DNA of 22,417 nt from a virus (Duplodnaviria; Heunggongvirae; Uroviricota; Caudoviricetes): the IMG/VR virus record IMGVR_UViG_3300000301_000076; one strand, given 5' to 3'. Position numbers and translations under genes: made by a program. Under the pieces are notes generated by a model. It was not told the DNA's origin. It searched no databases and worked only from the letters and a program-made list of their open reading frames with translations. Below, piece by piece: positions 10,557-19,038 of this stretch (position 1 is its first letter; each line of letters starts with the position of its first letter).

Positions 10557-13171
10557 ATGTGGTACAGGGAAGGTACAATAAATCTCACTAAAGGAAATAA
10601 AACTGTAGTGGGAACAGGCACAGCCTGGGGAGTGACGGCGAACGGCGTCCTTCCAGGTATGATATTGATTGGCCCCGATAATAAGTTATATGAAATAAAA
10701 TCAATCGAGAGTGACACTTCGTTAACTCTTGTTGAAGCCTACGGTGGTAGCACCCAAACAAATGTCCCGTGCAGAATAATTACGACCTATGAAGGTGATT
10801 TAACCCAATTTAGTGCTCGTTTTACTGCGCTTATGTCTCGCATGTCAGCCNNNNNNNNNNNNNNNNNNNNNNNNNNNNNNNNNNNNNNNNNNNNNNNNNN
10901 NNNNNNNNNNNNNNNNNNNNNNNNNNNNNNNNNNNNNNNNNNTCAAAAATGATGCGTAGTTGGTTGACTGCCGTGGATGAAATAACAATTGAGCGTGAAG
11001 ATGGCACGGAATTAACCGTAAAATCCCTTACGCAGATCGTTAATGAGCACAATGAGAACCTAGAATGGTATAAAGAAAATACTCCCATAATTAACACCGC
11101 TGCACAAAAAGCTAAAGAGGCGGCAGCGAGCGCAACAGCGGCCAAAAAATCAGAAACTAACTCAAAAGCGAGTGAGACAGCTTCAAAGACTAGCGAAACT
11201 AATGCGAAAAATAGCGAGGTAGCTGCAAAATCGAGTCAGAGTGCTGCCGCAAACTCCGCTACCGCAGCAAAAAACAGCCAGGATGCAGCAGCCGAAAGCG
11301 AGAGTGCTGCAGCTGGTTCTGCGACTTCAGCAGCTGGATCAGCAACTGCTGCGGCTAACAGCCAGAAAGCCGCGAAGACGAGCGAAACTAACGCAAAGTC
11401 CAGCCAGACGGCAGCGAAGACCAGCGAAACAAATGCCAAAGCCAGCGAAACTGCGGCGAAAAACAGTCAGGATGCAGCAGCCCAAAGCGAGAGTGCCGCA
11501 GCTGGTTCTGCAAGTGCGGCGGCTTCTTCTGCCTCTGCATCAGCCAACAGTCAAAAAGCTGCAAAAACCAGTGAAACCAACGCAAAGGCGAGCGAGACTG
11601 AGGCGGCTAACTCAGCGAAAGCATCGGCAGCAAGCCAGACGGCTGCAAAAGCAAGTGAAGACGCAGCCAGAGAGTATGCAAGCCAGGCTGCGGAGCCGTA
11701 TAAACAAGTTTTGCAGCCGCTTCCCGATGTGTGGATACCGTTTAACGATTCACTGGATATGATTACGGGCTTTTCGCCGTCATATAAAAAGATTGTTATT
11801 GGTGATGATGAAATAACGATGCCTGGCGATAAGGTTGTAAAGTTTAAACGCGCATCAACTGCCACATATATCAATAAATCAGGCGTATTTAGTGTTGCTA
11901 AAATTGATGAGCCACGATTTGAAAAAGAAGGTTTATTGATTGAAGGACAGCGCACTAACTATTTTGTTAAATCCAATATCCCCGCTGAATGGACGAGTAC
12001 CAGCAATATCGATAAAACTAATAATGGTGTTGATGAATTTGGTTTTTCATATGCCAAAATGCGAACAAAAGATAATATGACAGGACAATCATCTGCACTT
12101 AGTCTGCATACATGCAGTGCATCCCGGGGGATTGATGTTAGTGGCGATAATAAGTATTGCACTGTTTCATGCAGGGTTAAAGCTCCTGATGGTCTTCGTT
12201 GTCGTTTGCGTTTTGAAAAATACGATGGGTCGGTTTATACATTTTTAGGAGATGCTTATTTAACTTTCGGAACTCTGATAATAGAAAAAACTGGCGGAGC
12301 AGCCAATAGAATAGCAGCTACTGCAACTAAAGATCCGGTTACAGGGTGGATTTTCTATGAGGCAACTATAGAAGCTGTTGAAGGTGAAACCTTAATTGGC
12401 GCAATGATTCAGTATGCGCCGAAAAAAGGTGGTGTAACTGAAGCGGGAGATTATATTTACCTTGCAACACCACAATTTGAAAACGGCGGATGTGCTTCAT
12501 CTTTTGTTATTACGACAACTGTACCCGCAACCCGCTCCAGTGATATGGTGACGATCCCAACTGAAAATAATATCTATAATAGACCGCTTACGTGCCTGGT
12601 CGAGGTTAATAGAAATTGGGGCGATATTCCTCCTAATGTAGCACCGCGTATTTTTGATTTTTCTGGTGTGCCACCTATTGAGTCAATTACATACGCTTTT
12701 AACACAACTGAGAAATATTACGGNNNNNNNNNNNNNNNNNNNNNNNNNNNNNNNNNNNNNNNNNNNNNNNNNNNNNNNNNNNNNNNNNNNNNNNNNNNNN
12801 NNNNNNNNNNNNNNNNNNNNNNNNNNNNCGTCGACAAGTACTTACGTTTCTAGTGTGTTTGCTGGTCGAACTGATGTTCGAAAATTCATTGGTGGTTTTA
12901 ATATTTATTCTGATGGTACTAAACGAGTAGTTTCTAACGGTGAGGCTACTAAAACCATGAAAACGGAGTGGACGGGCGTAAAAACACGGACCTTTATTCG
13001 AATTGGAGGTCAAGCCACATCGGGAACTCGTCATCTATTCGGCCATTNNNNNNNNNNNNNNNNNNNNNNNNNNNNNNNNNNNNNNNNNNNNNNNNNNNNN
13101 NNNNNNNNNNNNNNNNNNNNNNNNNNNNNNNNNNNNNNNNNNNNNNNNNNNNNNNNGGCATAAAGAATTAA
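10557..13171 (+). CDS. Side tail fibre protein (receptor-binding fibre); 3' end uncertain (13171 or 13203 depending on the frame after N-run 13048-13156)
   Basis: ATG 10557 with GGAG upstream. Long Ala/Ser/Thr/Lys/Glu/Asn low-complexity segment with repeated KTSETNAK and NSQDAAA-SESAAAGSA motifs, as in the lambda Stf collar region, followed by a roughly 400-aa globular distal domain. The segments between N-runs are open in only one frame each. Confidence 0.7.
11270..11650 (+). repeat. Two near-identical direct repeats of about 190 nt inside the fibre collar region
   Basis: aaaaacagccaggatgcagcagccgaaagcgagagtgctgcagctggttctgc at about 11271 recurs as aaaaacagtcaggatgcagcagcccaaagcgagagtgccgcagctggttctgc at about 11460; the protein repeats AAKNSQDAAA(E/Q)SESAAAGSA...ANSQKAAKTSETNAK. 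Confidence 0.75.
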
Positions 13172-13199
13172 CTGATGCGCAAATGGGGGAGAGTATTAA

Positions 13200-13481
13200 A
13201 TGAAAGATTTAACGCTCAAATTTGCAGACAGGGCCGACTTTTCGGCCTTTATGGAGAGTATTGGCTATTATGATGACGAGTCGATGCAGGGTGATATTCT
13301 TATTGACGTGATAGGTAACGTGTACAAAGAAACCGGAGAACTGACTGAAGATGGCGAACCGGTATGTGTTAAGGAGGACGGATATTTTGTAAACGTGCGC
13401 ATCATTAATGATGCAAAAAAATCGTCAATATTCGATAAATACGCGATTGTTGTTGAGCATCAACTTCGTGGCTGGATGTGA
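13200..13481 (+). CDS. Hypothetical protein, 93 aa (possible fibre assembly factor by position only)
   Basis: ATG 13200 preceded by GGGGGAG; acidic soluble protein; lies between the fibre gene and the chaperone-domain gene. No family recognised. Confidence 0.45.
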   Translation: MKDLTLKFADRADFSAFMESIGYYDDESMQGDILIDVIGNVYKETGELTEDGEPVCVKEDGYFVNVRIINDAKKSSIFDKYAIVVEHQLRGWM

Positions 13482-13490
13482 GGGAGACAA

Positions 13491-14364
13491 ATGGCTACAT
13501 CGACAGTAATTCCAGGAGACATCACCACGTTAAAGGGAGATGTCAGTAAAGCCAAGGAAGATATTTCCTCAATTAACGGAAAAGTATCAACGCTTCAGAC
13601 TGATATGACCAGTGCAAAGCAGGATATCAGCACCAGATACACAAAAACTGAAGTTGATAATANNNNNNNNNNNNNNNNNNNNNNNNNNNNNNNNNNNNNN
13701 NNNNNNNNNNNNNNNNNNNNNNNNNNNNNNNNNNNNNNNNNNNNNNNNNNNNNNNNNNNAAAGTGGAAGTGAACGATCTGGAAAGTGGTCGTTATGGTGG
13801 AGATTTTTACCCGCTGACTGGTCGTGAAGCGTTTTATTTGTGGGGATTGGGCACGACTACAGCGGCGGCAAACCTTTATCTTAATCCTGACCCCGCAATT
13901 TCGTCTGTACTGCGGTCCACATCGTCTATCCGCTATAAACATTCAGTAGAGACGATAGATTCGGAGCACGCCGATCTCATTTTCAAGATGCGCCCTGTGT
14001 GGTACAGGTCGCAATGCGAAAATGACAGGCGCGATTGGGGATTCTATGGATTGATTGCCGAGGAAGTAGGAGAAATTGCCCCTCAGTTTGTTCACTGGCG
14101 AGCAGCTAACGAGAATNNNNNNNNNNNNNNNNNNNNNNNNNNNNNNNNNNNNNNNNNNNNNNNNNNNNNNNNNNNNNNNNNNNNNNNNNNNNNNNNNNNN
14201 NNNNNNNNNNNNNNNTTTCCAGCAATGGCCTTGTTGCCGAAGGTGTAATGTACGAACGTCTGGTTGTTCCACTGATTCACCATATCCAGAAACTGACTGA
14301 AAGAGTTGATGAACTTGAGTCAGAATTAAAGTTGTTATCAACTTCCCGAAGCGATATCGGATAA
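13491..14364 (+). CDS. Short fibre-like protein with N-terminal coiled coil and C-terminal intramolecular-chaperone (peptidase S74-like) domain; N-runs 13663-13759 and 14117-14215
   Basis: ATG 13491 with GAGGGAG upstream. The N-terminus has heptad-like repeats (TLKGDVSKAKEDISSINGKVSTLQTDMTSAKQDIS). The C-terminal part has the hallmarks I recall from endosialidase and T5 pb1 chaperone domains: a Ser-rich site (RSTSSIRYK), WGFYGLIAEEVGEIAPQFV, and a terminal Y-x-x-L-V-x-x-L-I-x-x-I-Q-K-L-x-x-R-V-x-E-L-E helix. Stop at 14362-14364. Confidence 0.6.
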
Positions 14365-14375
14365 AGGAGGAGTAA

Positions 14376-14739
14376 TGGATATAACACCTTTCCTTCATGC
14401 ACTTTGTGCTGTGGCTGCGCAGGTACTGGTTGGGNNNNNNNNNNNNNNNNNNNNNNNNNNNNNNNNNNNNNNNNNNNNNNNNNNNNNNNNNNNNNNNNNN
14501 NNNNNNNNNNNNNNNNNNNNNNNGGAAACTGGGCTTACGGGGCGATAGCCGGTTGTACGTTCTTCATTGCTCGTGAACATACCCAGGCAGAATATCGCTG
14601 GATTGAAATGTTCGGGCATGGCAAGCGAATGAATATGCCGTGGTGGGGCGGTTTTGATCCGCGCGCGTGGGATGTAGCAAGTCTGATGGATTTTGCGATT
14701 CCACTTTTAGCGTGCACATTATTATATATTTTTATTTAA
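14376..14739 (+). CDS. Small hydrophobic membrane protein, about 120 aa (N-run 14435-14523)
   Basis: ATG 14376 preceded by AGGAGG. Hydrophobic N-terminus (MDITPFLHALCAVAAQVLVG) and hydrophobic C-terminus (FAIPLLACTLLYIFI). Function unknown. Confidence 0.4.
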
Positions 14740-14831
14740 TATAAGATTAACTGAGATATAGCTTACGCAAAGAAGGTAATAAATATAAAGAGAGATGTTC
14801 TGAGGTAATTTATTGTTGGTGTTTAAGGTTA

Positions 14832-14861
14832 TTTACAGATAGGTAAGTGCATACCTATATA
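14832..14861 (+). promoter_or_regulatory. Candidate sigma70-type promoter upstream of the lysis cassette (TTTACA, 18-nt spacer, TATATA)
   Basis: Hexamers read directly from the sequence in the AT-rich 180-nt intergenic region about 60 nt upstream of ATG 14921; not validated. Confidence 0.3.
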
Positions 14862-14920
14862 AAAAAGATAAAATGTGATATAAATCCGCCATCCCGATTT
14901 GACTTTTCATGGAGGAAAAT

Positions 14921-15324
14921 ATGTCGAACGAGATGGCGGGCGTAACAACAGAGCAAGTTGAGCGCATTGCCGCGATCGTTGCTCGGGAGGTTGTCGGCAA
15001 ATTAGGTAAAGAGCTACGTGAAGAAATTGGCCAGGAGGTCAACGATCAGCTGAAAACCTACTTTGGTGATATGACCCCGGCGCAACATAGTATTCAACAC
15101 TCCAACCTGGACAAANNNNNNNNNNNNNNNNNNNNNNNNNNNNNNNNNNNNNNNNNNNNNNNNNNNNNNNNNNNNNNNNNNNNNNNNNNNNNNNNNNNNN
15201 NNNNNNNNNNGATTCCATCTCCAGTGGGTTCTTTGGCGGCATTGTTTCTAAAATAACGTCGTTCATTATTACCGCACTGCTTTTGGGGTTAGCCGCGTAT
15301 GGCGTGAAAAATGGACTGCAATAA
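14921..15324 (+). CDS. Holin-like membrane protein with a single C-terminal transmembrane segment (N-run 15116-15210)
   Basis: ATG 14921 with GGAGG 5 nt upstream. Hydrophilic charged N-terminus; the C-terminus after the gap reads FFGGIVSKITSFIITALLLGLAAYGVKNGLQ. Lies immediately upstream of the endolysin-like gene. The holin assignment is by position and topology only. Confidence 0.4.
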
Positions 15325-15337
15325 CAGGAGATCAAGG

Positions 15338-16111
15338 ATGAAGACTCCGAGAGGCATTCGTAACAATAACCCCGGTAATCTTGATAAAGGATCGCCGTGG
15401 CAAGGTCTGGTTGCTNNNNNNNNNNNNNNNNNNNNNNNNNNNNNNNNNNNNNNNNNNNNNNNNNNNNNNNNNNNNNNNNNNNNNNNNNNNNNNNNNNNNN
15501 NNNNNNNNNNNNNNNNNNNNNNGTTTAAAGACCCTGTTTGGGGGATTCGTGCGCTGGCGGTGACTCTAATTACCTACCACGACAAACGTCGCGCAAAAGA
15601 CGGCTCAAGTATCGATACCATTCGTGAAGTTATTGAACGCTGGGCACCGCCGAACGAAAATAACACTGACGCCTATATTAATGAGGTGTCCAAAGCAGTT
15701 GGTGTAACCGCAGACATGATTATCGATCTGCATGATTACGACATCCTTCGACCTTTAGTTGAGGCAATCATTCGCCACGAGAATGGCCGAGGCCCGCTAA
15801 AAACGCTGAACACCTGGTATGCGGCAGAAGTTATTGAGGAAGGTCTGCGTCGAGCTGGCGTCGTTAAGCCGGTGAAAACGGTGAAGGCTGTTCCTGTAAC
15901 GAAAGAAACCGCAGGCGCAACTGTTACAGCAGGTATTGGTCTGGCGCAGCTTGCCGATGTTATGCCGCAGATTTCCGCTGCTATGGATAAAGCACAAGGT
16001 CATATCTCTAGCGGGGATACAGTACGCATCATCTTCGGTATTGCCACTATTGTTGTGGCAGGATTCATTGCCTGGTCGCAGGTAAGAAAACACCAGAAAG
16101 GGATGGTCTAA
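15338..16111 (+). CDS. Endolysin-like cell-wall hydrolase with a C-terminal hydrophobic anchor (N-run 15416-15522)
   Basis: ATG 15338 with AGGAG upstream. N-terminal motif GIRNNNPGNL, which I associate with phage peptidoglycan-hydrolase-type proteins but cannot assign to a family without a search. C-terminus VRIIFGIATIVVAGFIAWSQV is a predicted transmembrane helix. Sits between the holin-like and spanin genes. Confidence 0.5.
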   Translation: MKTPRGIRNNNPGNLDKGSPWQGLVAXXXXXXXXXXXXXXXXXXXXXXXXXXXXXXXXXXXXFKDPVWGIRALAVTLITYHDKRRAKDGSSIDTIREVIERWAPPNENNTDAYINEVSKAVGVTADMIIDLHDYDILRPLVEAIIRHENGRGPLKTLNTWYAAEVIEEGLRRAGVVKPVKTVKAVPVTKETAGATVTAGIGLAQLADVMPQISAAMDKAQGHISSGDTVRIIFGIATIVVAGFIAWSQVRKHQKGMV

Positions 16112-16112
16112 T

Positions 16113-16577
16113 ATGCTAGGCATCCTGATGACAAAGCTAAAAGTTGCTTTGATTATGCTGGCTGCCGTTCTTTTCGTTCTTGTCGGCGCTTACACGATGG
16201 GCGGAAATGCGGCGCGACGAGCAATGGAAGAGAAGGCAAAACAGGAAGACAGAAAACGACTTCAAAACACAGTGAAAGNNNNNNNNNNNNNNNNNNNNNN
16301 NNNNNNNNNNNNNNNNNNNNNNNNNNNNNNNNNNNNNNNNNNNNNNNNNNNNNNNNNNNNNNNNNNNNNNNNNNNNNNNNNNNNNNNNNAGATGCTTCTG
16401 CCGTTCATCGTGAGTTGTATGATAAGTGGGTGCGTCATTAAACCACAAACAGCCAGCGTGTTGTTCTGCGATGGGGCTGAGCCTATCTATATCAGCAATA
16501 ATGATGTAATGACTGAAGAAACCGAACGCCAAATCCTTTTTCACAATACGATGGGAGAGAGGGTTTGTGGTTGGTGA
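16113..16577 (+). CDS. Spanin locus: i-spanin (N-terminal TMD plus charged coiled coil) and o-spanin-like lipoprotein segment (N-run 16279-16389 hides the junction)
   Basis: MLGILMTKLKVALIMLAAVLFVLVGAYT is a signal-anchor followed by a charged helical region (Rz-like). After the gap, MLLPFIVSCMISGC has a lipobox-like signal and a short Cys-containing periplasmic tail (Rz1-like). Whether the arrangement is embedded, overlapped or separated cannot be seen. Confidence 0.55.
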   Translation: MLGILMTKLKVALIMLAAVLFVLVGAYTMGGNAARRAMEEKAKQEDRKRLQNTVKXXXXXXXXXXXXXXXXXXXXXXXXXXXXXXXXXXXXXXMLLPFIVSCMISGCVIKPQTASVLFCDGAEPIYISNNDVMTEETERQILFHNTMGERVCGW

Positions 16578-16584
16578 TGTCGAA

Positions 16585-16606
16585 GTTCCCCTCAAATGAG
16601 GGGAAC
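16585..16606. terminator. Perfect palindrome gttcccctca-aa-tgaggggaac between convergent operons; possible bidirectional terminator
   Basis: 10-bp arms read directly; lies 8 nt after the spanin stop and near the toxin 3' end on the - strand. No clear U-tract on either side, so terminator function is uncertain. Confidence 0.35.
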
Positions 16607-16714
16607 ACATTATTCTNNNNNNNNNNNNNNNNNNNNNNNNNNNNNNNNNNNNNNNNNNNNNNNNNNNNNNNNNNNNNNNNNNNNNNNNNNNNNNNNNNNN
16701 NNNNNNNNNNNNNN

Positions 16715-17290
16715 AGATTTTGTAGGATAGAACAAAGAACGCTCGTTGTTACCAACCAGCTGGATAAAGCCTAAACTTTTATAAAACGCCTTGGCTTTGT
16801 CATTTAACGCCTCAACGAAAAGTCCATGAATGCCTACAGCAAGAGATGCATTGTACACAACGCGCATTGCATGTGTTACAAGNNNNNNNNNNNNNNNNNN
16901 NNNNNNNNNNNNNNNNNNNNNNNNNNNNNNNNNNNNNNNNNNNNNNNNNNNNNNNNNNNNNATTGAGCCAAATCCTTGACCTTGAAGGGACTTGTCCAAA
17001 GCCAGCCTACCCAAAGTAACACTTGGAACATTCCGATAAGGAACCTTCTTTTGTTTGCTTCTTGAAGGTAAGGACTCCTTTTCAAAACAACTACCTGACA
17101 AAGTGTAATATCCTAACACTTTTGGCCTTTCTTCTTGAGTGCAAAGCACATAAGCACGAAGAATTTTTCCCTCATGCTGCCTTTTTAAGTGGTTGGCTAA
17201 AAAGGCGTTTAGTGACTCTTCGCCGCAATCAAAACCGTTTAGATCATAATCTTTCTCTCCAGAGAAAATCTCTATCGTTGTATTGCTCAC
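16715..17290 (-). CDS. GNAT-family acetyltransferase toxin, AtaT/TacT-like (3' end lies inside N-run 16617-16714; internal N-run 16883-16961)
   Basis: The translation is close to my recollection of E. coli AtaT (YDLxxFDCGEExLNxFL, KILRAYVLC, VLGYYTLSGSCFE, QKKVPYxNVPSVTLGRLAxDxSLQGQGFG, HAMxVVxxASLAVGIHGLFVEALNxKA, FYKSLGFIxLVG, FYPTKS). GTG start at 17290, 5 nt after the antitoxin stop. Confidence 0.85.
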
Positions 17291-17297
17291 GAGTAAA

Positions 17298-17567
17298 CTA
17301 CTCCATGCTTTTCAGACGATCAGCAGCTCGTTTCAGCTTGTCGTTCGGTGCCGGAGGATTGCTTATAGCGTCCATAACCAGATTCCAGGATTCTTCATTC
17401 AGAACTAGTCTACGGTGTTGCTCTATAACTTTCACGGCACGTTCAGATGCACTGCTAACCATAAACTGAGTAATGCTCTGGTTAGACATTGCGGCAGCTT
17501 CCTCGATGATGCTTTTATCGTCATCGGTTAATCTCAAATCGATGCGCTGCTTTTTTAGTGCTGACAT
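17298..17567 (-). CDS. DUF1778 ribbon-helix-helix antitoxin, AtaR/TacA-like
   Basis: MSALKKQRIDLRLTDDDKSIIEEAAAMSNQSITQFMVSSASERAVKVIEQHRRLVLNEESWNLVMDAISNPPAPNDKLKRAADRLKSME matches recalled AtaR almost along its whole length. Start taken at the internal ATG (17567) because AGGAGG precedes it; the ORF-track start at 17606 is rejected. Confidence 0.85.
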   Translation of the reverse strand: MSALKKQRIDLRLTDDDKSIIEEAAAMSNQSITQFMVSSASERAVKVIEQHRRLVLNEESWNLVMDAISNPPAPNDKLKRAADRLKSME

Positions 17568-17577
17568 GTATTCCTCC

Positions 17578-17605
17578 TGATGGCCGTGATGTAGGAAGGC
17601 CATCA
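17578..17605 (-). promoter_or_regulatory. Inverted repeat TGATGGCC-N12-GGCCATCA immediately upstream of the antitoxin RBS; candidate operator of the TA operon
   Basis: 8-bp perfect arms read directly from the sequence. TA operons of this family are autoregulated by the antitoxin-toxin complex binding palindromes at the promoter (established knowledge); the assignment here is inference. Confidence 0.35.
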
Positions 17606-17885
17606 ATCTCCTCTGTTCAAACTGAGTTTTCGACTCAAAAATTACTTTAAAAGGCTATAGCCCATTACGTGTGCATTATCAAATTGTGTACGGCATATCA
17701 CCGTACTTGTAATATAGAGGTCATTGTTACTTTTTTCAACAGACAAATACAAGCTATGATTGCCAATTGTTAACCACAACCTACCATTTAACCTTTACAC
17801 CGCAGCCGTAGGCATTTAGGCTATATCACATATAAGAAAACAAGTTGTTTCAGACGATAATTATATACGCAAAGGGAACTCTCCA

Positions 17886-18628
17886 ATGACCAAGATCTTT
17901 GTGGTTGGCGGCACAAAGGGCGGGCCTGGCAAATCCACCGTTGCCCAGCAAATTGCCGTTTGCCTGAAAGTCAAAAAGAAGAAGAAGGTTTATATTACCG
18001 ATATAGATATNNNNNNNNNNNNNNNNNNNNNNNNNNNNNNNNNNNNNNNNNNNNNNNNNNNNNNNNNNNNNNNNNNNNNNNNNNNNNNNNNNNNNNNNNN
18101 NNNNNNTGTGAAGACCGTCGACAGAACGAAGACCTTGAGCTGATTCCTTTTGCATACGTTCAGGATGACATCATTAAGCACCTAAAATCGCTTCAGGGTA
18201 GAGCTGAGTTTGTAGTGGTAGATGCTGGTGGCTTCGACTCCGAAATTCAGCGACAAGCGATGCTGATGGCTGACGTTATCATTATCCCGCTGCGTCCTAA
18301 GCGTCGTGATTTGAAATCTTTACGTGACATCGATCCTATTATCGACAATGTTCGCAATGTAAACGATAAAGTGAAGGTCCGCGCGGTCATGAACCAGTGC
18401 CCGGCTTTGCCATCACAAGTGTCTCGCATTCTGGCGGCTAAAGAGATTGTTGAGACGTTTGGAATCGAGTCTGCGCCAGTCAATCTATATAACCGCAACG
18501 TCTATGATGATGCGGAAGAGTCTGGTCGTTCTATCTTTGAAATGACCGGTAGCGAGCGCGACAAAAAGGCGGAAGCCGAGTTTGAAGAATTTGTAGATTA
18601 TCTGTTGAGTCTGGAGGAAGAAGAATAA
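17886..18628 (+). CDS. parA: ParA-family partition ATPase, small type Ib-like (N-run 18011-18106)
   Basis: Deviant Walker A at the N-terminus (VGGTKGGPGKST), VVVDAGG motif, about 245 aa. ATG 17886; stop overlaps the next start (TAATG at 18626-18630). Confidence 0.85.
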
Positions 18629-18987
18629 TGTCCATGAAAATGGGTGACCTAGCAAAGCGCAAAGAGCCTGATGCACCGGCTAAGAACACAACTCCTTTGC
18701 GCCAACCAGTCAGACCACAAGGACGCCCGACTCGTGGCAAAGAGAAAATTAAAAGCCGCACTATGTCACTGGAAGACGAATACTTCGAGCTTCTGGAAAT
18801 GATGAAGTTTATCCCTCGTTTCGAGAAGTTCACCCGCTCTGATGTGATTCGTGCTGCTATTTTCCATCTGGCAGAGAAGTCACCGCAGGAAATCGAGGAC
18901 ATCGTAAAGCTGAACGAGGCGATCACAGCTGCCGATGTCACGATGCGTACCGATGAAATTAAACGCGAGTTGATGAAGAAAGGTTAA
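18628..18987 (+). CDS. ParG-like centromere-binding protein (basic disordered N-terminus, C-terminal ribbon-helix-helix-like)
   Basis: 119 aa, Lys/Arg/Pro-rich N-terminal 45 aa, then a predicted strand-helix-helix segment (MSLEDEYFELLEMMKFIPRFEKFTRSDVIRAAIFHLAEKS). Translationally coupled to parA. Classic small ParA plus small partner architecture. Confidence 0.55.
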   Translation: MSMKMGDLAKRKEPDAPAKNTTPLRQPVRPQGRPTRGKEKIKSRTMSLEDEYFELLEMMKFIPRFEKFTRSDVIRAAIFHLAEKSPQEIEDIVKLNEAITAADVTMRTDEIKRELMKKG

Positions 18988-19018
18988 TAATGTGGGCTGT
19001 CTAGCCCACATTATTTTA
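18988..19018 (+). terminator. Rho-independent terminator after the partition operon (aatgtgggct / gtct / agcccacatt, then ATTTTAATT)
   Basis: 10-bp perfect stem, 4-nt loop, T-rich tail, starting 1 nt after the parG-like stop. Confidence 0.65.
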
Positions 19019-19038
19019 ATTAAAGTGGAGTGATAATT

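Noticed and set aside
11236-11955. Alternative-frame and antisense ORFs across the fibre collar (11241-11762 +, 11236-11439 -, 11388-11585 -, 11551-11955 -)
   Set aside because: The GC-rich low-complexity repeats leave all frames open. Only the frame giving the Ala/Ser/Thr/Lys collar with KTSETNAK motifs is consistent with a fibre.
17023-17469. + strand ORF antisense to the toxin-antitoxin genes
   Set aside because: It overlaps two well-supported genes on the opposite strand and has no RBS or recognisable features.
17298-17606. Longer antitoxin starting at 17606 (MMAFLHHGHQEEY...)
   Set aside because: The internal ATG at 17567 is preceded by AGGAGG and gives a protein collinear with AtaR-type antitoxins. 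The upstream extension overlaps the operator palindrome.
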